The notes under the pieces: model-generated
Databases searched by the model: none
What the model was told of the DNA's origin: nothing
Seen by the model: the letters and a program-made list of their open reading frames with translations, nothing else
Part shown: positions 13,501 to 27,600 of the stretch, one piece after another
How the letters are laid out: each line of letters starts with the position of its first letter
How positions within the stretch are numbered: position 1 is the stretch's first letter
NCBI GenBank assembly: GCA_951406725.2
Contig: OX597821.1
Coordinates: 42,408,001 to 42,472,000, forward strand
Origin: Octopus vulgaris
Lineage: Eukaryota
Reading direction: 5' to 3'
DNA length: 64,000 nt
Program-made: the position numbers and the translations under genes

Positions 13501-16500
13501 TTTTAAGAAAACTCTTCATGCATTCAAATTATTTTTTGTTTTCTCCCTGCTAATTATTCTTGAGTATCTGCAGTATATAAAGTCTTCTGTGTCAGCTTGC
13601 CTTCTGTGTCAGCTTGCCTTCTGTGTCAGCTTTCCACTACAAATCTTGTGAACTAATGGTTTCCATTATGTACACTGTATCAAATTCCTATTTCCTTAAT
13701 GTCAATAGTTGTACTTGGATCAGCATCCCAATAGCAAGAGAGAGAGAGAGAGAGCAACAATTTGTAGTATTGAGGGTCAAGGCTTTAAATGCAAAAATAA
13801 ATTGATTTTTACTTTCTTCCAAAATTTGTGGCCTTGTGGATAGAAATCATTATTGATATTATATTAATAAAGGTAATAGGTAGCAGATAAAATATTTTGT
13901 GGCATTCATTTACATCTCTTTATGTTCTGAGTTTAAATCCTGCTAAAGTCAGCTTTACCTGTTGTCTTTTTGGGGTTCAGTAAAATAAATTTGACTTAAT
14001 AAACATCAATTACTGATTTTTATTAAGTCAACTTTGCCCATATAGCTAAATCTTAGGTCATGTACCTAATTTAAAAATCTTTATTAGCTAAAAATTGTGT
14101 CAATACTAAAGAAATGAAGGAACATATTTATCACTACATTTGTTTTTATTGTTTCTTTTTTGTTTTTGTTTTTTTCCATTTATGTTTCCATTGCTTATTT
14201 ATGCTGCTGGCTTTATTCTCAGATGATCAGTGCTGAAGCACCCGTCCTCTTTGCTAAGGCTGCAGAAATATTCATCAGTGAACTTTCTTTGAGAGCATGG
14301 ATACACACAGAAGATAACAAACGGAGGACATTACAAGTAAGTTACAAGCACACACACATATTTACAATAGAGACAACACAGGTACAAGATTTTCTGGGCA
14401 GGGAACACTGACGGGGTTGGTGGCGTGGGTATACTTATCGCTGAGAAATGGATAGATAGAGTAATTGAGGTAATCAGAGTAAGTGACAGAATACTTAAGA
14501 TTAGAATAGTGCTTCATAATAGATTAGCAACCATTATATCGGCCTATGCCCCTCAGCCAGGGCTACCCGATGGACAGAAAGACAGTTTCTATGACACCCT
14601 ACTGCAGACCACCTCATTGACGAACGACAGGGACCTTCTCTTTGTGGCTGGTGATTTCAATGGGCATGTTGGACGACATGCTGGGGGCTTCCATGGTGTA
14701 CATGGAGGCTACGGTTATGGTTCCCGCAACGAGGGGGGAACCAGGCTGCTGGAGTTCTGTGATGCGAATAGTCTTATGGTCTGCAACACTAACTTCAGGA
14801 AACCAACAAGCCACCTGGTCACCTACCGATCGGGCCGGCATACTAGCCAAATCGACTACATCCTTGCCAGAAAAAGGGAAAGATGGCTGCTTATAAATGC
14901 CAAAACCTTCCCAGGCGAAGAATGCACCCCACAACATAGACTGGTAGTTAGTGACTTTAGGATCAGGACTAAGAGGGCGACTAGAAGACGACCAACATGG
15001 AGAAGAAGGGTCTGGAAGCTTAAAGACCCTGCGAATGGACAGAGATTTAGAGATATGTTACTTGAAGCCTTTGACGAAGTGGAAGGGGGTATAGCTACAC
15101 ATGGGGTAGAAGACAACTGGACGTTTCTGAGGGACAACCTGCTGAAAGCCGCTGACCAGATCTGTGGCTGGTGCAAAGTCCCCTTAAGACCCAAAATAAC
15201 GTGGTGGTGGAACAATATTGTTGACAGGGCTATTAGACAAAAGAAACAGGCTTGGAAGGCCTGGAAGAACGGTGGTAGCAGGGAAGGGTATCAGACTGCC
15301 AGAAGGGAAGCTAGGAGACAGGTCTATCTAGCCAGAGGGGAAGCAGATAAGAGAAAATTTGCCAATGCCGTGAGGATGAAAGACTTGAGGTATTTCGTGT
15401 TGCAAGACAGTGGGTGAGAGAGAATCGTGATGTGGTAGGAGAGAAATGTGTTCGCATGGAGGATGGTTCACTTGCGCTAAATGAGGATGCAAAGAGAGAA
15501 GCTTGGAGACGCCACTATGAAAGGTTGCTGAATGAGGAAAATGAATGGGATAAAGAGAGTCTGCCGAATGTTGACCCTACAGAGGGACCAGCTATCCGAG
15601 TTGATAGTTCCGTGGTAGCTAAGGCAATTAGAAGCATGAAGACAGGGAAAGCCCCAGGCCCATCAGGAATTACTGCAGAGATGCTCAAAATATCTGGCAG
15701 TGTCGGCTATAACCTAGTCACCCGTATAGTCAACCAGGTGATACACGAAGGAGTCATACCCAATGACTGGTGCAGCAGCATACTAGTCAACTGCTACAAA
15801 GGTAAAGGTGATGCCCTAGATACAAATAATTACAGAGGTATCAAGCTGTTGGATCAAGTAATGAAGGTTACGGAGAGGGTCATAGCCCAACTAATTAGAG
15901 AGAGAGTTAGTTTAGATGAGATGCAGTTTGGGTTCGTGCCAGGGAAAAGTACCACTGATGCTATATTCCCGGTAAGGCAGCTGCAGGAGAAATACCTAGC
16001 CAAAGATAAGCCCCTGTACCTGGCTTTCGTTGACATGGAGAAAGCTTTTGATAGGGTCCCCCGATCCCTTATCTGGTGGTCAATGAGGAAACTAGGGATA
16101 GATGAATGGCTGGTGAGGACTGTGCAAGCCATGTACAGAGATGCCGTAAGTAAGGTTAGGGTTGGCAACATGTACACAGAAGAATTCAAAGTAGAGGTTG
16201 GGGTCCACCAGGGTTCAGTACTCAGCCCCCTCCTATTTATCATAGTACTCCAGGCAATTACGGAGGAATTCAAGACAGGCTGTCCCTGGGAGCTCCTCTA
16301 TGCTGACGACCTTACTCTTATTGCTGAGTCACTATCAGAACTGGAGGAGAAGTTCCAGGTGTGGAAGGAGGGTTTAGAATCAAGGGGCCTTAGAGTCAAC
16401 CTAGCTAAAACCAAAGTACTAATAAGTAGAAAGGTAGACAATCCACAAATATCTTCAGGAAGATGGCCCTGCTCGATCTGTAGAAAAGGTGTAGGTAGAA

Positions 16501-17972
16501 ACTCTATAAGATGTACCCAGTGTAAGCTATGGACACATAAGAGGTGCAGCAATGTCAAAGGTAGGCTAACTGGGAAGATAGTTTTTGTATGTGGCAGATG
16601 CTCGGGAGCATTAACCTCCGAAAATCTGCAGAAAACAACTTCCGTCACTTTCCAGGGGGAAAAACTAGAAGTAGTTGATAGCTTCCGTTATCTAGGTGAC
16701 CAAGTCAGTAGTGGGGGTGGGTGCGCTGAAAGTGTAACTACTAGAATAAGAATAGCCTGGGCAAAGTTTAGGGAGCTCTTACCTCTGCTGGTGACTAAAG
16801 GCCTCTCGCTCAGAGTAAAAGGCAGACTGTATGATGCGTGTGTACGAACAGCCATGCTACATGGCAGCGAAACATGGGCCGTGACTGCTGAGGACATGCG
16901 TAAGCTCGTGAGGAATGAAGCCAGTATGCTCCGATGGATGTGTAATGTCAGTGTACATACTCGACAGAGCGTTAGCACCTTGAGAGAAATGTTGTACCTA
17001 AGAAGCATCAGTTGTGGTGTGCAAGAGAGACGATTGCGCTGGTATGGTCATGTGGCGAGAATGGATGAAGATGGGTGTGTGAGAAAGTGCCAATCCCTAG
17101 CAGTTGAGGGAACCCGTGGAAGAGGTAGACCCAGGAAAACCTGGGACGAGGTGGTGAAGCACGACCTTCGAACTTTAGGCCTCACTGAGGAAATGACCAG
17201 CAACCGAGACCTTTGGAAATATTCTGTACGTGAGAAGACCAGGCAGGACAAGTGAGCCCAGCCCACTTATGAATGCCTTTCCTCCCTTGGACACAAAGAC
17301 CGGTTGAGGCAAGCGAAGTCGATATAGAACCTCATCCGACGACAGACACCCATGCCAACCCCCCATGCTTGCGAAGACATGTTGGGGCAATCGAAATCGA
17401 AACCGAATTGAACCAGCCAGGATCCCTGGCCTGGTGGTACGTAAAAAGCACTATCCGACTCGTGGCCGTGGCACGTAAAATACTCCAATGCGACCGTACG
17501 ACAGGCACCCATGCCAACCCCCTTTGCTTGTGAAGACATGTTGGGGCAAGCGAAATCGAAATCGAATTGAACCAGCCAGGATCCCTGGTCTGGTGGTACG
17601 TAAAAAGCACTATCCGACTCGTGGCTGATGCCAGCACCGCCTCGACTGGCTTCCGTGCCGGTGCCACATAAAATACACCAATCTGACCGTGGCCGTTGCC
17701 AGCCCCGCCTGGCACCTGTGCAGGTGGCACGTAAAAAGCACCCACTACACTCACGGAGTGGTTGGCGTTAGGAAGGGCATCCAGCTGTAGAAACATTGCC
17801 AGATTAGACTGGAGCCTGGTGCAGCCTTCTGGCTTCCCAGAACCCTGGTCGAACCATCCAACCCATGCTAGCATGGAGAACGGACGTTAAACGATGATGA
17901 TGATGATGATGATGTGCATTTGTGTGTGTGTGTGTGTGTATACATATATATGCATATGTACGTGTGTATATA

Positions 17973-18004
<32 letters not shown>

Positions 18005-21000
18005 ATACAAATAATAAAATGGAGGAACAGATTCTTTTCAATCATCAACTTACAGATAATGCCAATTCATATAATTTATTAACTAATTAAATAGGAACAT
18101 CCAAATGCAACAGAATAAAACAATATACATCAATAAGTAAGATAATACCATAAAAATATTACATATAAAATGGATCTTACAGCTGTTTCAGCCTGTAGAT
18201 AAAGGTATCTCATTGTGCCTATATTAGTCAAATAGATATATATATATATATATATATAAACTCTTGATATATAAAACATCAAAACATTTATCCACAGTAA
18301 TTTAGAGATTAAATGTTAGGTCCTTAAACTCCAACACATTATAACATTACAGTAAATCTATGTGAAAAAAAAACTTGCATGTATATACATAATCAGCTAA
18401 AACACTCCTTAAGGTATTTTTAAAATTAAAGACAGAAAAGCATGTTTCACAGATACGTCCTAATTTAATTACTTCCAACTGTTATTTCATTAAGAATAAA
18501 CATCATTAACTCCATAATTGCATGATTATAATTATGGAATTAATGATGTTTATTCCTAATGAAACAACTGTTGAAAATAATTAAATTAGGAACTACCAGC
18601 TCTTGTTTAGCTCACCAGCAATGTCATGCAAAATGCAAGCACATTTCCTTTATAATGGTGGAAACAGGCTGGAGATCTCCATACAGCTGTTTGGTAGGAC
18701 AATTCTTATTGCCAGTATTCTATGGCCATTCCTGTCACCAATCCTTGTCTTTCAAGTAAGGTATTTTTATTCTACTAGTCTTTACATAGCAAAACTGCCA
18801 AATCATATTGCTTAACCCTTATGATAGTAATCTGCCCATGGCCATCCCCAGTTGTATAATGTAAGGTGCCTGTTTTAAAGTGATCTAAATTAAAGCCTTC
18901 CACCATAATTTCATGTTAATTTATGCTTCAAACACCAGCTTAATAAGGAAAAAAGTAAGTTATTAAATTTTTCATTATTTTCAAAATAAACTGAAACAAG
19001 AGCAATGTTCTTGTCACCATACTTCCAAAAGAAGTATGGTAATGAAAGGGTTAAATGAGATGTAAACAGATGTCACCATTTTTGCTCAAATAGTATCAGT
19101 ATGTAAACATATGACAACAAACACAGATATATACATACACATATATATGTGTACACACACTCATGTACATATGTATACACATGCACACATCTCTAACATT
19201 ACTCGGAGCGAGATGCCCTTTGCCACCAGCAGAAGTAGAAGTTCTCTGAACTTTGCCCAGGCTATTCTTATTCTAGCAGCTACACTTTCAGAGCATCCAC
19301 CCCCGCTACTGACTTGGTCACCTAGATAATGGAAGCTATCAACTACTTGTAGTTTTTTCCCCTGGAATGTGATGGAAGCTGTTTTCTACACATTTTCAGT
19401 GTTTATTGCTCCTGAGCATTTACCACACACAAAAACTATCTTCCCAGTTAGCCTTCCTTTGATATTGCTGCACCTCATATGTATCCATAGCTTACACTGG
19501 GTACATCTTATAGAGTTTCTACCTACGCCTTTTCTACAGATCAAGCAGGGCCATCTACCTGAAAGGATTTGTGGTTTGTCTGCCTTCCTACTTATTAAAA
19601 CCTTGGTTTTTGCTAGGTTGACTCTAAGGTCCTTCAATTCTAGACCTTGCTTCCACACCTGAAACTTCTCTAGTTCTGATAGTGACTCAGCTATAAGAGC
19701 AAAGTCATCAGCAAAGAGAAGCTATACAACATAAATTCATGATTTATTAAAATTATCTCCACATCTATAGGATGTGTCACTAGTATCTAATTGCAATTGA
19801 AACAAGAGAAATGAAGGTAGTTTGCTCTGTTGGATGTATGGCAAAGTGCAAATGTATTTAGAGAAAAATTAGGCATAAGAGGAATCAAATATAGCATGGT
19901 CGGGAAACAAGCTTTTTAACCACACAGCTATGCCCATATATGGGTAGTATATTCACATAGTTTTTGATTTTCTTTTATCATCCACAGCGAAATGATATTG
20001 CAATGGCTATTACCAAATTTGACCAGTTTGATTTCCTGATTGACATTGTTCCCCGAGATGAACTGAAACCACCAAAACGGCAGGTAAGCATTTCCACTAC
20101 TGATTCCTTTCATTTGTCTCACTACTACTTCTACTACAACTACTACTGCTACTGCTGCTGCTTTATGTAATTTCTTCTATGTCGTTATCAACATTTAGGT
20201 CTTCCACATGCCATATCTGAATCATGTCTGGAATGCTTTTGATGATAGGTCTGCTCAGTGAAGACTAACATGGGACTAAACAACAAGCAACATAAGAGGC
20301 CAACAAAGTAGCCTCTTTGTGGTCATTTGATCTGCAACACATGGAAATGAAATTTCTATCAAAACATGCATTACCATCTTAAGAAGGATACAATAGATAA
20401 TGTAGTTGAGTGGTTAGCACTAGGCAAGGGTATCATCATTGTCATCATCATGCATCATAATATTGATGCCTCCTCCTCATCATCATTATCATCACCTTCA
20501 TCATTGTTTAACATCTGTTTTCCATGCTAATGTGGGTTGGACAGGTTGACAGGATCTAACAAACCAGAGGGCTGCAGTGATCTCTACATTGTCTTGTTCC
20601 CCCATTATCACTTGATGACCGGTGTTGGTGTGTTTACATCCCCATAACTTAGTGGTTCTGCAAAAGAGACCGATAGAATAAGTACTAGGCTTAAAATATT
20701 AAGTCCTGGGGTCGATTTGTTTGACCTAAACCCTTCAAGGTGGTACTCCAGCATGGCCACAGTCAAAAGGACTGAAACAAATAAAAGAAGAAAAGAATTG
20801 TTGAGTCAGTCATTGGACAATTCACGGGGAGCTTCTTGACAGTGTCTGTTCACAAGTCTGAGCTTATGGAGGTGCCGATTGATAGTTTTGTGAAGGACCA
20901 AAATCTGCTGACAATGTACGAGTGTTTGTACTTGGCTGTTGTCACTCATTTCAAGCAAAGCCTTATCTTCCACAACAGAATGTTTCCTTAACCTTGGTTT

Positions 21001-21515
21001 ATCTTCGAGGCTGGTGTTATCTTCCTTGAAACATCTGAACCAGTTTTGTGTCACATGTTTGTTGACAGTTCCTGGACCTTCCACATGATTAATTTCTTTT
21101 TGCTACTGTCCTTAAACTTTGTCCTTTTTTTCTATAGGTAGTGTAAAGTGGCTCTAATTGCAATTTTTTCGCCACTCATTATCAAAGCTGTAAAGTAAAG
21201 AATAAACAATTCAACAACAACTAGACAACAAATTGTATCAAATCAATGATGTAACATGGAGATCCAAGTTGCCATAAATTATTAGTGAAAATCTAAAAAA
21301 AAACTATATTCAACCTGGTAATGTGTGGATATAGACATAATTGATATTTAGGAGAGAGTATGAAATCTGAGTGTCAAATATGAGTATTACTTGCTCACTT
21401 TATATTTTGATGTTTCTTTTAACAGGAAGATGAAGCAGCAAGGAGTACTTCGATGTTACCAGATCAAATTCAGTATTACTTCCAACTGGCCCAACAAAAC
21501 CAGCAGCAACAACAA

Positions 21516-21546
<31 letters not shown>

Positions 21547-21650
21547 AACAACCACAACAAACAACCCAACAACAGCAACAATCTCCACAAGTGCAGCAGC
21601 AACAATCCCAGTCACAACAAGTGCAGCAGCAACAACAGCAACAGCAACAA

Positions 21651-21688
<38 letters not shown>

Positions 21689-24600
21689 ACAACAACAGCA
21701 GCAGCAGCAACAACAACAGCAGCAAGTGCAGCAACAAACACAGCAGTTGCAACCACAACCTGCTACCACACCTGCTCCACAAGTGCAGGTAGCTCAAGCA
21801 CAACAGGCTGCTCAACAGACTGCCCAAATACAGCTTTCAGGAGATGGTTTCCCAGTTGTACTTAGTCAAGGTAATTTAGCCATGTCTATTACAAGCATGT
21901 GATCTCGGAATTAGGGTGCTGACCTCAGCTTCATAAGGTCATGGGTTCAATTTCAGGACTAAGCAGTGCAACACGTCATTGAGCAAGATGCTTAATTTCA
22001 TATCACTACAGCTTACTCAGCTGAAGTGTGTTACCAGCCAACTACTGGTGCAGCCCCTTCTCTAAAAGCCCTTAACTAAAACAAGTAAAAGATAAAGGAA
22101 GATTCCAGTGACAATGTTAAATATCTATCAAAAAATAGAACTGGGATTTTCTGCAAGCCATGTTGTCCTCAATAAACTTGACATATCTTGACTGAAAAGA
22201 TAGATTGCTGTATAAAACTGCTTTCCACTGTTAGGACTAATGAAATTTTGAGTGGGTATATCTGATTTCCATGTGAAAAAAGTTAATGCTTGCAACTAAA
22301 TGGACTCTGTTACCCACACCCAAGGTACCAGGTGGTGGTGTTAACAGTAACATTTACATTTGAATGAATGCCTTCTATTACTACTAACCACTCAACTGTG
22401 GAGTAGCAAATGGGACTTGGTTTAGTGCAGTGTTTCCCAACTTATTCTCCCCCAGGCTCCACTATAACTTTCCAGAAAAATGTATGCCCCACTGGTGGTT
22501 AGAAAAAAATCATTTTTATTTTAAATATTTTATCACAATTATTCAATGCATTAATAATTTTACTCAGCTGTAGTGAGTTACCAGCCAACTATTGGTGCAG
22601 CCTCCTCTCTCCATACTCTCTCACTCCAGATATCACATTGTAAATGTTCTCCTGGGTCAAAAGGAGGGAGGGCCAAGAGGGTGCCTGTATCTGCTCACAA
22701 TTACAAAGGTACCTAAAACAGTTAGTGAAAGGTTTGTTCTCACTACCAAGTCATACTTGCTTGTGACAGTTGTGCCTTTTTTACTACATCATCATTATCA
22801 TCATCATCGTTTAATATCCGTTTTACGTGCTAGCACGGATTGGACGGTTTGCTCGGGGTCTGTGAAGCCAGGAGGTCTGCACCAGGCTCCAGTCTGATCT
22901 GGCAGTGTTTCTACAGCTGGATGCCCTTTCTAATGCCAACCACTCTGTGAGTGTAGTGGGTGCTCTTTATGTGCCAGGGGAGGCTGGCAGCGGCCACGAT
23001 TGGTTGGTGCTTTTTATGTGCCACCAGCACAGAAGCCAGTCACAGTGGCATTGGCATCGGCCACACTCGGATGGAGCTTTTTACGTACCGCCAGCACAGG
23101 TATCACAACTACAATTTCCATTTGATATTTATTTTGATGTTGATGTACTTGACTCAGTAGGTCTCCTCAAGCACAGCAGGTCCCCCTACGATCCAAGGTA
23201 AGCACAGCAGATCATTCTGCAATCCAAGGTACTTTGGATGGGCTGGGGCTATGCGAAACTGGTGCAGGAAACAGCCATGAACTCACATTATTTGTTAGGT
23301 CTTTGCAGTCGGGTGCTCATTGGGTGATGAATCAAACAATTAGTTGGAAGCAAGAATTACCATCATACAAGTGGTTCCATTGATTTACTGTTTTCCAGTA
23401 ATTCTTTTATTAAGTACTGAGTACACAAAAAAAGTGCATTATTGACTAAGAAAAAAGTGAATCACTTTAATGAGAACCTTGTGCCTGGCAACTATGCCAC
23501 CACACTCCGCCACAATTTTCCCAGGCCTCACATTGAGAATCACTGGTTTATTGTTTTTTCAGGGCCACAACTTAATAGTAATGATATTTGAACCTGTGAT
23601 GCTTTGTCTAATCATATAAATTAATATTTTTTTTTTACAGGAGGACATATCATTCAGCCTCCTTTCCAAATCCAAGTTGCTCAGTCAGGTAACCTTGGAA
23701 ATGTACGTACTCTACTTTCATTTTCCCTGTGTTTTTTTAAAAACCTTTTTATTTATGATATTGTGTGGTATTATTACTAGAATGTTTCCTGTCAAATGAT
23801 GAGTAATTTTGAAAATACACTTTTGCCATCATTAATAACATAAAAAAATATGGCATACATACAATATTTATAATTTAACTTTTATTAAATTTCTTGGTGC
23901 TTATACAAAATGATGATAGGAATACTAATTTTCAACAATAAAATATTTATTACCTTAAAATCATATTAAATAAGACAAATTTCTCATTTGTATATTTACA
24001 ATATATAAATGTTCTTATTTTCCTAAATGTAGTCAATATAATTACAATCTACTCCATTAAAAACATATCTCTGCAAAATTTGATTTCCTCCCATAACTAC
24101 TCTGTTATTTCTTTCTCCCCCTCAGTTTCTATGATTCTTTCTCTCTCTCTCACAGTGTGTGTGCATGGACGTGAGGTATTCTCTTACTTATTGCCTGCGA
24201 ACAACCAATATGTTAACTCTCTTTTGCGCTATTCTCCCTCTCTCTATGTGGTGTAAAACACGACTGGAGAAATCAGCCAGCCAACCAATATTTTTATCAG
24301 CTACTACTATATAGAGATAACTAGTGTACTCTATAATATTGGTGTGTTATTTGTGGGGACTGACACCCTGAAAGCTAGTCTTGCTTCTTTTTCCACTGTT
24401 ATCCTTGGTCCTACTTTTGCCACAGTTACCTTCCACTGTTAATACATGTCACTTTTATATACATCTCATGTCCTTATCACTGTGACATCTCACATTTCCA
24501 ACATAAATTAATTAGAGGGCATGTATGTGGTTGCTAAGCCTTTCAGAAATAACAGCAAATTCTCCCTCCAAATTCCACCTTACTAACTTAAAAAGTGAAA

Positions 24601-27600
24601 GACAAAAATGAAGATAATGTAACCCTAGATACACTGTATCTGAATAAAAGACAAGATGGTAATGGCTGGACTATATTTGCTTTTGTTCAGTCAAGGCTGA
24701 CTTAGGACTAAACAAAAATACCAATAGCAAGTGGTAGATCCCTTTAAAACCCCATTACTTTCCCACCTCAGTTGAAATCTTTTCATAGAGAATTTCTTTA
24801 CTATTACTGTTTTACATCTATTTATCCACTGCTAGGAAGTTTTGGCAGTTTGGTGTGAGTAGGGCAGTGGTTCTTACATCCAGATGATGTCTCTTCTAAA
24901 TATTGGTTTCAAATTTTGGCTCAAAGCCAGAAATATTGGGGAAGGGTGTAAATCATTTACATGAATCCCAGTATTCAACAGGTACTCATTTTATTGACCC
25001 TGAAATGATGAAAGGCAAATTTTAACCTTGGTGGAATTTGAACTCAGAACACGACAGACGAAATGCTGCTAAACATTTTGCTTTGCATGCTAATAATTCT
25101 GCCAGCTCACTACTTTGTGTCTCTCCTAATATTAAACTCACAGTAGCAAGGCATGGAGTGAAGCCTGTTATTTGTGCATTCAAAAGAACGATAGCAAGCA
25201 GAGTTTATGTGTACGTCGCTCTTAGAGAAGAAACAACAGACAGTAGTAGTGTTAGTGACAGGAAGGGCACTCAGCCATAAAACAATACCTCGATAATATA
25301 TTCGTGTAACCCATGTTAGCATTGATAAACAGATGTAAAAACAAATGAAATAAATATCAATTTGGAATGTCATCTATAGGTATAGATGAAGTATCTGTAG
25401 ATAATTATAGATAATTCAATTTTTATATCTTTTGCTTCTTTCTAGAACAACACACATGGGTATGAATTTGTAGCGTTACCCAACTCCAGCATCATTCAAA
25501 TTCCCACATCACCAGTTCAACAGACAGCGGTTGTCAGCCAACCTCCTCCTGCACCACCCACACCAACCCCCACACAGACCACGGTTACACAAGCCATCAC
25601 TCAACAAGCTGTTTCCCATCAAGTGCAAGAGGTGACACAACAGGCTCAACAGCAACAACAACAAATACAGACAGCTCAGGTGATACAGCAGGTCGTTACA
25701 CCTTCAGGCGAGATTCAGAGTTTACCGGTAAGACTTCACACCTAAAATATCTTTTATTTTGCTCATGGTGATTCATCATTAGTTTTACTTAATTTGCATT
25801 AATTTTTACTCCCAGTGTCTTTATCATACTCTAGCAGATTTACATTTTTTTATTTTCACCAGCTTAAAGAGATAGATGATAGGTGGGTTAAATTAATAGT
25901 TGTTATTGCAAGGAATTCTTCCCGTAGCACTATACACTATTTTGTTTGAAGTACATAATTTTGGTTTACCCATTTGTTCCCATGTTTTCTCGTTTAGGAT
26001 TTTGATATCACTTCCCATGTCTAACTGCATTCTGACACTAGTGTTTTCAATTCTCACATTCACAAATTTCCTGTTTGTTGTAGTCACAAATTTTCCTGCT
26101 GACAGACTATTTATTTTTTTCTTGTTTGTTCCATTTTCCTATCAGTCTAGTTTTGCAGTGTGATTTTATATGTCCTTTAACCCCACAGCAAAAACACTTT
26201 GCTCTTGTATACGGACAATTTTTCAGGTGCATTCCATCACATGCCATACATGGGTCTACATCCTGATATTTTTTCTTTTTTTTTCTGCGACACTTTATTT
26301 GTCTTCTGACATTTTTGCATTGGGCCTACGTGGAAACACTCTTTCCATTGAATTTCTTCCATGTCATGCCTTAATTTTAATATCCTCTCACACTCCTCTG
26401 ACAGTTTCTGCAATGTCAAATCCTGGTTCATTTCCAGTTTTGATTGAATATCCGTTCGGATTTCTGCATCCCTTCTATCTGCCAATCTTTGTGCAAAAAG
26501 CAAACACTTGAAAGAATCTGGAGTAAGCATATCTAGACTAAATCTCTCACATTCTTTGTTGGCTCTGCCTGTGTAAGTAGTGAAGTCTTCATCTTCACTC
26601 TTCATCTTCATCTGCACAAAATATCAACTGTGTTGGTGAAACTTATGTTGAATGTTTTTTTGTTTTTTTTGGCAAATTGGAGTTACTATACTTCTCATGC
26701 CCTGCTAGCACTAGTTTTCCTAACACTAGACTTGATTTCATTTTGTCCATCCAATCCTGACATTGTTTTGAAAGTAAGCCTTGAAGGTTACTCCTTCTTT
26801 GGAGTCATATTTGAATTCGTTTGTGGAATTTGCTACATGGTCAGGTGAAAATGTATTCTCCAGACTGGTTATCATCTTCAATAAGTGTAACATTTGCTGC
26901 TGCAATCCTTGTTGTTCTCATTGTTCCTTGAGTTGTTGTTGCTGTTTTTGCAACTCAGCTATCCCAGCTAACAAGTCTTCCATATTTTATGATTTTTGTA
27001 AGATTGCTCAACAAGGTTTTTGTTTCTTTTTCGTCAGGGTATCTAATTTTCCATGTAAATTAGTTTAAACTCTCCATGCGAATGTTTCTTTTTCACTCCG
27101 CATAAATTTGTTTTTCCTCGTTGCCACTGTTGTAAAGATGTCTTTTGCCACTGTTGTATCTGTTGCTCTGACAGATATTGTTATATTCCGAAGTTGTTGA
27201 TAGAATGGTCCTATCTGGCACTGTATGACCCCCATTTGTACATTATTATTATCTTCAACATCGAACCAAATATCAATGGAAACAGTAGTTGTGATACCTG
27301 TGCCGGTGACACATAAAAAGCACCATCCGAACGTGGCCAAGCACCATCCGAACGTGGCCGTTGCCAGTGCAGCCTCCACTGGCTTCTGTGCCGGTGGCAC
27401 ATAAAAAGCATCATCCGAACGTGACTGATGCCAACCCTGCCTCGAATGGCTTCTGTGCCAGTGGCACATAAAAAGCACCATCCGAACGTGGCCGATGCCA
27501 GCACTGCCTTGACTGGCTTCTGTGCCGGTAGCACATAAAAAAAAAGCACCAACCGATCGTGGCCGATGCCAGACCCCTCTGGCACCTGTGCAGGTGGCTC

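Noticed and set aside
21391-21827. Poly-Cys, poly-Ala/Val, poly-Leu and poly-Asn/Ser ORFs
   Set aside because: Alternate frames and antisense readings of the NF-YC CAG/CAA repeat
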